The position numbers were made by a program, and so were the translations under genes. Below, in pieces: positions 1-10,200 of a DNA stretch of 64,000 bases (position 1 is the stretch's first letter; each line of letters starts with the position of its first letter). Origin of the DNA: Octopus sinensis. Its lineage: Eukaryota. Under the pieces are notes generated by a model. It was given only the letters and a program-made list of their open reading frames with translations, made no database searches and was not told where the DNA came from. The DNA lies in NCBI RefSeq assembly GCF_006345805.1, contig NC_043006.1, positions 28,148,001 to 28,212,000 on the forward strand, read 5' to 3'.

Positions 1-433
1 AAGATACTCCCCAATTCCATAATTTCGAAGGCTGTGGTTAAAAAAAAAAAAAAAAAAAATGGGGAAAATCCCCGAAAAAATTTTCCCACAAATTTCTTTA
101 TAATCGTATTCTATGCCGTTTGAAAGGGATTTGTATAAATTTTCATTAAAAGATACCCATCTTCCTGAAAGTTATGAGGGAAAAAATTCAGATGGCTTGA
201 ATTTTCTGAAACTCCTCTCTCCACCCCCTCGCAAAAAATCTTCCCTTTAAATCCCCGTATACTCTGAAGCCACAAAATCTAAGCGGTATTTGTAGAAAAT
301 TTTGTTAAAAAGTATCCATTTTTCTGGATGTTATGAGGCAACAAAGTTGGAGGCATATACATCTGTAGTAATGCCCTTTTATTTATACGATTTTTTCATT
401 TCATGTTTATTTCATTCATTGTTTGCAATGTTT

Positions 434-477
<44 letters not shown>

Positions 478-1289
478 ACACACGCACACACACACACACT
501 GCAAAGCTTACAGGTGGGCTGCTGAAATGAAATCTCTTTGTTGCTTTGAGAGGAAAGTAAAACTTGACAAACTGTTTGTCCCCCTGTTGTTGGACTACCG
601 TAATGCTTGTTTAAAAAAAGAGAGATTATGATTGTGATAAAATAATAATGAAAGCAATATTTGCTAAGCAAGTGAGCACTATTATACAAAGAAACAATTA
701 GACGTAAAATATGAGAAATTATTAGAAATGGGAATCAAATATGAAAATATTATCAAGGGGCTAGTAGAAAACCTCCCGAAGGGTGGTCTATCTGCTAGTA
801 TGAATAATTCAAATAAACTCTGTATAATAACAGCCAACGTTGGTTGATTTCTCCAGTCATGCGTTACATCGTAAAAGGAGGGGAGGAGAAAGAAAGACAG
901 AGAAAGGGAGAAAGAGAGAGGAAGAGAGAAAGAAAGAAAGAGAGAGAGAGGAAGAGAGAGAGAAAGGGAGAGAGAGAGTAAAACAAAGACAAAGAGAGAG
1001 TTAACATAAGGGTGAGTGCATTAACTAGTCTTCATGACAGGCAATGTGTAAGTGAAAGGAAAATAATCATAGACAAAGGAGGAGGAGGAGGAAGAAGAAG
1101 AGGAGGAAGAAGAAGAAGAGGAGAGGCTGTGTATTCACACACATGCACATGTATTTAATAACGAGACAAAGACAGAAAGAGCGAGATGTTGAATAGTTGT
1201 GGACCCGTGAAACCTAAGCTGTTACAGTACTGAGTCCTAATTCTACATGGAGATGACATAATCTTTGGTATTATTCTGTGTTGTCCAAT

Positions 1290-2195
1290 TCAGTGATTGG
1301 TGTATCTTGCAATTTCAAAGCTGGGTGTTAGACCTTCCAGAATCTTCCATAAGTATATAATTGCACATCTTTTACGTCTTCTTTCTAGGGAGTAGTGCTT
1401 CAGTTCCCTTAGCCTCTCCCAGTAGCTCATCTGTAGCACCCGCTCAATCTTCTTAGTGTAGCAGCGCTGGGTTGCCTCAAATTCTACCACCACTTTAATG
1501 CTCTGCGGTGACCACAGTTGAGAGCAGTAATCCAGATGACTGAGAACGAATGTTCTCCTTAGGAATCTCTCTCTATATAAACGGCAAAATGTCTGTGTGT
1601 GTGCGTGTGTGTGTATATCCTTTATACAAATCCACAATTTTTCAGTTAGAGGGCTCGCACTTTCTATGGTCATTCAAAACCGTCCAAGGGTGGTCGTGCA
1701 CATCTTTACATTTCCCCAGTCGCCCCGCAAAGCCATTAAAAATCAATAGAAGTGACTTTTTTGTGAATTTTCTATCCAAAACCCAATCAAAATGCCCGAA
1801 ACTTGATACGCCGATTGAATGCCAGCTAGCTGTATGTGATTGGTCGGAGATTTGGTCTGTACTCGCGTGTATGTGCGCACGCACGCACGCAGCTGTATAT
1901 GCATGCACTAGTACTATGACCCGGTGTTGCCGGGTCATAGTGCTAGTAACATAATATCCTTTTTCCTGATTTTGAATGACCGCAGAATCTAACCAGCTAC
2001 TCGCCTGCACAGTGTTGTTGCCATCTTGGAAATATGCTCATGGAATGTTGCATCATTAATCTGACCCTAGGAGTGCACTACCCACCGGTCCTAGATATTT
2101 CGAATGTAGTCTGTTTGTGGGAAGATAGTGGAAGGCTTGAAACTTCTCAGTATTGAACTGTCTGTATATTGCATTCATGTCTTTCCGCAGTTTTA
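1290..2195 (-). mobile_element. CR1/L2-type non-LTR retrotransposon, decayed RT C-terminal fragment, split by a Helitron
   Basis: Minus-strand QFNTEKFQAFHY...WILRSFKIRKKDIML|FLRRTFVLSHLDYCSQLWSP...SYWERLRELKHYSLERRR; frame rejoins exactly when 1566-1946 is removed. Confidence 0.85.
1566..1946 (+). mobile_element. Non-autonomous Helitron (family H1)
   Basis: A|TCTCTCTCTATATAAA...hairpin...CTAG|T, no TSD; second copy at 36366-36727. Confidence 0.88.
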
Positions 2196-2407
2196 GGATG
2201 TGCATGTGTATGTGTGTGAGCGCATGTCTTTGTGTCTGTGATTGTTCCCCACCGCTTTACCACTGGTGTTGGTTTATTTATGTTCCCCTAACTTAGCGCT
2301 TCGGCAAAAGAGGTTTAAAAAGTGTGCAATAGGATTGATTTGTTTGACTAATGCCCTAAAACCCAACATGGTTGCTGACTGAAACAAGTAAAAGATATGC
2401 GTGCGTG

Positions 2408-2460
<53 letters not shown>

Positions 2461-3059
2461 AAGAGAGGGAGAAAAAGAGAGAGAGAAAAAGAGAGAGAGA
2501 AAAAGAGAGAGAGAAAAAGAGAGAGAGAAAAAGAGAGAGAGAAAAAGAGAGAGAGGGTAAAATAAAGACAGAGAGAGAGTTAACGTAAGAGCTGCGGGAT
2601 GAGTGCATTTACTAGTCTTCGTGGCAGGCAATGTGTAAATGAACACCACACAGTGAAAGAGAAAGAATCATAGAGACAAAGAAGGAGGAAGCAGAAGAAG
2701 AAGAAGAAGGGAAGCCGTGTATACATACACATACACACGTATTTAATAAAGAGACAGAGATAGAAAGAGAAAAAGAGCGAGAAAATGAGCGAGAGAGTGG
2801 ATGAGTGCATATAACATCTTCCTTAATTTAAAATAATTGCAGGGAGTATAATTTTGCTTTCATTTTTTTTTGCTCTTTGTATATTCTTTTATTCTTTCAC
2901 TTGTTTCAGTCATTTTGACTGTGGCCATGCTGGAGCGCCGCCTTATGTTTTATTTAATTTTATTTAGAAGTAATAAATATATTTCTTTTGAAAGTTAGTA
3001 TCCTTTCATCATTATGTATAAGACCCAAGAAATTCAATAAAAGTTATATTATAATTTTC

Positions 3060-3090
<31 letters not shown>

Positions 3091-3246
3091 TGTATGTATG
3101 TATGTATGTATGTACTGTGTATGTATGTATGTACTATGTATATATGTATGTATGTAGGGAGAGTTTACGAAAAAAACAAAAGACGAAGACAGGTGGTGTA
3201 CAAAACAAACAAATGTATTAGTATAACGCTTAGGAATAGAAAAAGT

Positions 3247-3282
3247 CTTTTACGTTTCGAGCCTACGCTCTTCTACAGAAAG
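3247..3282 (-). ncRNA. Minimal type-I hammerhead-like motif (Penelope-type), core CUGUAGA
   Basis: Minus strand CTTT|CTGTAGA|A|GAGC-GTAG-GCTC|GAA|ACGT|A|AAAG; stem I only 4 bp; A6 replaced by U. Confidence 0.5.
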
Positions 3283-3589
3283 GGATACAGAAAAAAACAA
3301 GGAGAGAAAAAAAATGTGTGTAGTGGCTAACGATCTATCCCCATATTTTCTGATATTGTCCAAGTTGGTAAATAGATGTAGAACAAGCATGGGCAACCTT
3401 TTTTGAGAAGCTGGGTGCATGGGACATGGTTCATCATCATGCAGGCAGCACTACTAAAAAAAATTATGGAAATTTTTCGTTTAGGGGTGCAAATCAGAAA
3501 GTCCCGCACGCTGCAAAGTTGTCAATGATTGCTGTAGAATCATTATTTTTATAAAATTGAGTAATTTAAAAATATTAATCAAGCGCTGC

Positions 3590-3741
3590 ACTGGCTGTGT
3601 GGTAAGAAGCTTGCTTCCCAATCACACGGTTCTGGGTTCAGTCCCACTGCATGACACCTTGGGCAAGTGTCTTCTACTATAGCCTCGGGCCGACCAAAGC
3701 CTTTTGAGTGGATTTGGTTGGCGGAAACTGAAAGAAGCCGT

Positions 3742-3776
<35 letters not shown>

Positions 3777-3986
3777 ACATGTTTGTATGTCTGTGTTTGT
3801 ACCCCCCCCCCAACATCGTTTGACAACCGATGGTGGTGTGTTTACGTCCCCGTAACTTAGCGGTTCGGCAAAAGAGTTCGATAGAATAAGTACTAGGCTT
3901 CAAAAGAATAAGTCCTGGGGTCGATTTGCTCGACTAAAGGTGGTGCTCCAGCATGGCCGCAGTCAGATGACTGAAACAAGTAAAAG
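3590..3986 (+). mobile_element. tRNA-derived SINE family B (CORE-like CCTTGGGCAAGT segment, internal TA/TG microsatellite), near full length
   Basis: A box TGGCTGTGTGGTAAG, B box GGGTTCAGTCCC, tail CCAGCATGGCCGCAGTC..TGACTGAAACAAGTAAAAGA. Other copies at about 2225-2397(+), 11295-11658(-), 29345-29700(-), 35230-35450(-), 50378-50783(-), 54450-55115(+), 57520-57895(+). Confidence 0.85.
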
Positions 3987-4639
3987 AGTAAATATTGTTA
4001 ATCTGCCGCAAGAGAAACGACCTATTTGAACCATTTTTGCATTCTCTATTTATTAATCTCCGCTTAAACCTGGATATTCTGTTAGAACAAACTATACTGC
4101 CGTAGATACCACTAGAAAAATTTGTACATTGACTTTGGTGCAAAATACACTCTTGTTTAGTGGTGAGATAAATCCCCACCACGTTCAGCGCCGAGACTAC
4201 CAGATCACGCGATTTCGACCTTCTTTGGTATTGTCAATGATGTACTCCCAACCGCTAGAAATAGTAGCGATTCATCTCACTGTCAGTGATATATAGAATA
4301 ACAGTGCCAGAATGGGCGCTGATGTTGCGATTAACCAGTGAGTTTATTATAAAAATGTTTATTTGGGACAGGCAATATCAATATCGAGAAGTAATATCTA
4401 TCTCCACTTAAACGTGGATATTCTATTAGGACAAACTCTATTGCAATAGTTACCATGAGAGAAACTCTTTTATTAACTTTTGTTACGAAATGTAGTCTTG
4501 TTTATATCTCTACGGTTAACACCAGGGCTGACTCTGCAGTCATAAAAGGTTCCCTTTTGACATTACAGTCCCACGGGCAGCCTTCGACTTTTCCTGGCTA
4601 AAAACCAATATTCACATGCTATTATTTATACTTTTATGG

Positions 4640-4860
4640 AAGGTGGCGAGCTGGCGGAATCGTTACGACGTCGAGCAAAATGCTTCGCAGCATTTCGTTC
4701 GTCTTCTAGTTGTGAGTTCAAATTCCGCCGAGGTCGACTTTGCCTTTTATCCTTTCGGGATCGATTAAATAAGTACCAGTTACGCACTGAGGTCGATGTA
4801 CACGACTTAATCCCTTCCCCCAAATACGAACCCTTGTACATTCAGGAGAAAGGACTATTT
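4640..4860 (+). mobile_element. tRNA-derived SINE family A, monomer
   Basis: Head AAGGTGGCGAGCTGGCGGAATCG, B box GAGTTCAAATTCC, body GGTCGACTTTGCCTTT..AAGTACCAGTT. Confidence 0.85.
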
Positions 4861-5121
4861 ATAGCTTTATGTGTGAGCTTCGAGATATTCCTAAAAAAGA
4901 ATTAGTTCAAGTCCTCCCGAAAGTTTATAAATGCTTATGACGTCAATAATCTGCAATAGAAATGTAAGATATAGACATGAAATAAGTATACGTACGTAGC
5001 TGTACACTTCCACTCATTATATTGTCAGGAAGAAGCGTGATATGATTCTTTCTACTATGGGCACAAGGTCTGAAATTTTGGGGGAGGATGCTTATCGATT
5101 TCATCGCCTCCAGTGCTCGAC

Positions 5122-5513
5122 AGAGCTGGCAGAAAAGTTAGCACGCCGAGTGAAATGCTTAGCAGTATTTTGTCTGCCGCTACGTTCTGAGTTCAAATTC
5201 TGCCGAGGTCGACTTTGCCTTTCATCCTTTCGGGGTCGATTAAATAAGAACCAGTTACGCTCTGGGGTCGATATAATCGACTTAATCCGTGTGTCTGTCC
5301 TTGTTTGTCCTCTCTGTGTTTAGCCCCTTGTGGGTAGTAAAGAAATAGGTATTTTGTCTGCCGCTACGCTCTGAGTTCAAATTCCGCCGAGGTCAACTTT
5401 GCCTTTTATCCTTTCGGGGTCGATAAATTAAGTACCCGTTGTGTATTGGGGTCGATCTAATCGACTGGCCCCTCTCCAAAATTTCGGGCTTTGTGCCTAG
5501 ATTAGAAAAGGAT
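5122..5513 (+). mobile_element. SINE family A dimer (head-body-tail1 + body-tail2)
   Basis: Junction AAAGAAATA|GGTATT at 5347/5348. Confidence 0.85.
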
Positions 5514-6164
5514 TTACTGTCACATATACTTACGCACACACGCGCGCGCGCGGCACATCCACTCACATATGTGATTGGCCTTGGGTATTCAATTCTTTGC
5601 TGAAGTCATAAGGGCACCTACGTGATATACGGCATGTCTCGGGCATTTTTTCTTCTGAGCGAGCCAGTCTCTTACTAGGTCTGACCACAATCAATTTCTT
5701 CTAGGATAGAAAACGACAGATAGAAAGAGAGAGTAAGAGGAGAATCGACGGCAGTTCAAGATGGGTATTTTATATACCGATCACGAAGGGTGCATAGTTG
5801 ACTCCAAGAGGGTAAGAACTTTGCCGGTGGAGATACGGTAACGATTACAAAACAACCTATATCCACACCAAGAGTCAGACAAATCATTCTGTCAGTAAAA
5901 CAGTCAGTATGTCGGTGGCTCACTGTCTGTCTGTCTGTGTGTCTGTCTGTGTGTCTGTCTTTCTGTCTATCTGTCTGTCTGTTTGTTGCCTGACTGTGTA
6001 AATCAGTCAGTCAGTCTGTCAGACGATCAGTCAGTCAGTTAGTCTGTCTGTCTGTCTGTCTGTCAATTCAGTAAATCACTGTCTGTTCAGCCACATAATT
6101 CTTTCAGTCGAAGACCTCGCTGTTTGGTAGTGATAACTTCTGCTGATAGATATCTGCATCACAT

Positions 6165-6770
6165 TAGTTTCAAATTTTGGCACAGGGCCAGTGATTTTAG
6201 GGAAGTGTAAGTCGGTTACATCGACACCAGTATTCTTTTCTACTCTAGGCACAAAGCCCAAAATTTTGTGGAGAGGGGGCCAGTCGATTAGATCGACCCT
6301 AGTACGCAACTGGTACTTAATTTATCAACCCCGAAAGGATAAAAGGCAAAGTCGACCTCGGTGGAATATGAACTCAGAACGTAAAGACAGACGAAATACC
6401 TATTTCTTTACTACCTACCCACAAGGGGCTAAACACAGAAGGGACAAACAAGGACAGATACACGGATTAAGTCGATTACATCGACCCCAGTGCGTAACTG
6501 GTACTTATTTAATCGACCCCGAAAGGATGAAAGGCAAAGTCGACCTCGGCGGAATTTGAACTCAGAACGTAACGGCAGACGAAATACGGCTACGCATTTC
6601 GCCCGGCGTGCTAACGTTTCTGCCAGCTCACCGGTACTTATTTTACCGAACCGAGGAAATGAAAGGCAAAGTCGACATTGGCGGAATTTGAACCCAGAAC
6701 GTGAAAACTGATGAAATGCTGTTAGGGATTTTGTCTGGCGTGCTAACGATTCTGCCAGCTTGCCGCCTTA
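6165..6770 (-). mobile_element. SINE family A dimer nested in an older family A copy
   Basis: Old head (6635-6770) and old tail (6165-6230) flank a younger head-body-tail1-body-tail2 unit; junction at 6400/6401. Confidence 0.8.
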
Positions 6771-7154
6771 CTATCTACTCCATATAACGATCAAAATGTT
6801 TGCGTTCTCAAAGTCTATGTTTTTGGATTTGCTTGATGTTATGTACCAGTTTCTTTTAAATGCTTTTAAACTTCATAATGATAAAAATCAAAACGAAGCA
6901 TAACAAAAAAGCTCTATTTATTTCCTAAATATGAAAATATTGTAAGTGCGAGGTGTGAACCCAACAGACCAACACAATGTTTTCAATAAAGAAAAACGCA
7001 AAGTTAGCGCACTTGTACTGATACATTTTTCGTAATTAATATTATTATGTCACATGTGTTTTTGTGCTTGCTTAGATTTGCTTCCATCTATGATCCTTTG
7101 TATCGTGTAGGATACATACACGCATATGTATGTATATATATATATACTTACATA

Positions 7155-7385
<231 letters not shown>

Positions 7386-7934
7386 ACACACTCGTTTGTG
7401 TATGTGAGCGCGGGAATGCCTACCCCTACTAGTGTGTGTGAGTGTGTGTGAATGGCTGCCCTATTTAAGTTTGTGCGTACGTATGTGTATGTGTGTATGT
7501 GTGTCCGTCCTATATGTTTCCGTTTGTGAGATGGCCTCCCGCGTTATTTCCCCCTCTTCCTTACTATATATAAAGTGCTCTTTTTCTTCTATGCGTTTGC
7601 TTCTTGTGTGTTCTTTACATATGCACTCGTGTACTCGTGTGTGTGTGTATGTATGTATGTATGTATGTATGTGTATGTATGTATGTATGTATGTATGTAT
7701 GTATGTATGTATGTATGTATGTTTTGTGTGTTTCATTGTATGTCTGCTCAACTTCTTTTTGAATGTGTGAGTGTATATGTGTATATGAGCTTGTGTGTGT
7801 GTGTATACACGAGTTCATATGTGTGAATGAGTGCACTGGAGTTAAGAGGTGGACGAGTATGCTTGCGTGAATGGAGACATGCATGTGTGACTGTGTGAAT
7901 GTGTGTGTGTGCGCGTGCGTATGCTTATGTGTGA

Positions 7935-7973
<39 letters not shown>

Positions 7974-8304
7974 TAGGTGAGATGGTCTCTTTTACTTTTT
8001 GTTACTTTTTTTTTCCTTTTCTGAGGCAGAAATGTGTGTACGTGTGTATAGGGGTGGGGGGGAGATACTTGCTGGTTAGCAGTCTGTCTGAGAATAGGGG
8101 ATAGGATGGAAGAGGTAGAAAGAGAGAGAGAAAAAGAGAGAGAGAGAGAGAGAGAGAAACACAGTGAGGGTGGGGGGAGAAAAAGAGAAAGAGAGAGAGA
8201 GAGGGGTTGGTGTTGAGTAGAAAAGAGAACATAGAAGCAGGACAAGGCAACTCGAAGAAACACGATATATATATCTATATATTATATACACACAATCATA
8301 ACAA

Positions 8305-8824
8305 ACCAAACACCACCACCACCACCACCTTTATCATCATCACCATCGTCATTGTCATCACCGTCGTCATCATCATCATCATCATCATCATCATCACCTC
8401 CGTCGCCGTCGTCATCACCACCACTACCACCACCACCACCACCACCACCATCACCATCACCATCATTATCATCATCATCAATAATACAAGTATCACGAAC
8501 GTTAACGATAATAATTATGATTTCTAATATTTAATATCATTTATTTTTAAAAAATGACAATAAATGGCGGTGCCCCAGCATGGCCACCGCTCGTGAGCTG
8601 AAACTAGATAAAATGAAATAAAATAAAATATGAAAAAGAACAATAATAGTTGAGAACTGAGTCGATATTTAATCGATGACACTCCCACCTACCGACCGCC
8701 ACTAAAATTTCAGGTCTCTTGTACCTTTTATTAGACACAATTATAAATATAATTATAATGATTATTGTTGTAGTATTAAATAATTGCAGCAACAGCAGCA
8801 GCAGCAACTACAACAGTAATAGTA

Positions 8825-8905
<81 letters not shown>
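8305..8905. repeat. Trinucleotide microsatellite cluster (CAC/CAT, CAG, AAT) upstream of the probable first exon
   Basis: Directly visible runs. Confidence 0.95.
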
Positions 8906-8907
<2 letters not shown>

Positions 8908-9216
8908 GCTATAATCATTAGTTAGAACAGTTGGCTACAGCAACAAGTTCTACACTGAAAAGTTGAAAACCCTAAAACAATTCTAAAAGTTATTTCTTGG
9001 CAGTGTATTGTAGCAGACATTGGGGGAAGGGCAGAGTGAGGAGACTCTGGGGAGACTGAAAGAGGGACAGAAATAGTGAGAGAGTCAGACAGAAAGTAAG
9101 AATAGAAAGGCAGTCGGTTTGAATAGTGTTAGAGACAGAGAGATAGAGAGATGGTTGGATGGCTGGAAAGGGAAATTATAAGAAAGGCAAAAAACTCGAC
9201 CTCCTAAAGAGATCGT

Positions 9217-9883
9217 ATGTCTGAGCGAGAGACGACAAGGAATCGCTTGCCACAGTGGAAGTGCTCAAGTCTACTAGCAACGGGAACGACTACAACAACA
9301 ACAATAACAACAACAACAACAACAGCATTATCTCTATCTGTAGTAGTAGTAGTAGTAGCAGCAACAGCAGCAGCAGCAGCAGCAGCATCAACGACGGTAG
9401 CAGCAAGAGTAAGCATGACCATTCCTTCTACTGCTACCACTGCCATCCTAACATCTATAGCACCCACTAGCTCTACCCACTGTGTCGTGCCAATAACAGC
9501 TACGACAACCACAACAGGCGGCAGAGGTGTCTCTATAAACGTCACACTTTTCCCGGATAGAGTTTCTCCAAGAAAACCTGACAAAGACGATGATAATCTT
9601 GAGGGAGATGGCACTGGCGACCAGAAAGCCGGCTTGCTGTCTTACACTGATTCTCAGACTTACAGTCCCGTAACTGCAACTACAACGTATTTTCGTTATG
9701 GCTTCTTCTTCGCAAAGTCGGCGGCTATTGCTAGAAGGGATGGACTTCGGCCGTTAACAGATTTCTTGTTCTGGGCCTTACTGTTAGTTATATTGGATAT
9801 CCCTAAATGTGGACCTGTAGTCACGTGGGCGCGACCACTGCACCCGCCACCACCCGTTGACGGAATGCTGCAGAAAAGGACAG
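9217..9883 (+). CDS. ADAMTS6: Probable ADAMTS first coding exon (low-complexity N-terminus, hydrophobic signal-like segment [11 protein letters not shown], then [17 protein letters not shown])
   Basis: Open frame from ATG 9217. Donor CAG|GTTTGT at 9883/9884 is phase 1, exactly what the acceptor at 46963 needs (G+AA=Glu). Only signal-peptide-like segment I found upstream. True start codon uncertain. Confidence 0.55.
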
Positions 9884-10167
9884 GTTTGTATACTATCTAC
9901 AAGTGTGTATTTTAGCGACCCCTTGCTTCCTTTTTGTTATATGTTGCATCCTCCCGTTTCTTACAGCTTTTTATTTTATACACTCTCATTACAACTGTAG
10001 TTTCTGTCTGCTGGCATCTCAGTCAATATCTCTTTCTCTCACCCTTTGGGGGATCCTTCGTTGCCAGTTTCCTTTATCTCTTGCAGATGTTTTTCTTTCC
10101 TTTCCATCTTTCTCTTGGAAATCTGAATGAAAATATTTCGGATTCATTCGCTATTTTAATTTACAAA

Positions 10168-10200
<33 letters not shown>

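Noticed and set aside
4070-4330. Protocadherin pseudogene (LTVSDI*NN resembles a DxNDN motif)
   Set aside because: Single weak motif; no DRE, AxDxG or PxF motifs in register.
9204-9614. 136-aa antisense ORF over exon 1
   Set aside because: Openness is explained by the trinucleotide repeats; no splice or domain support.
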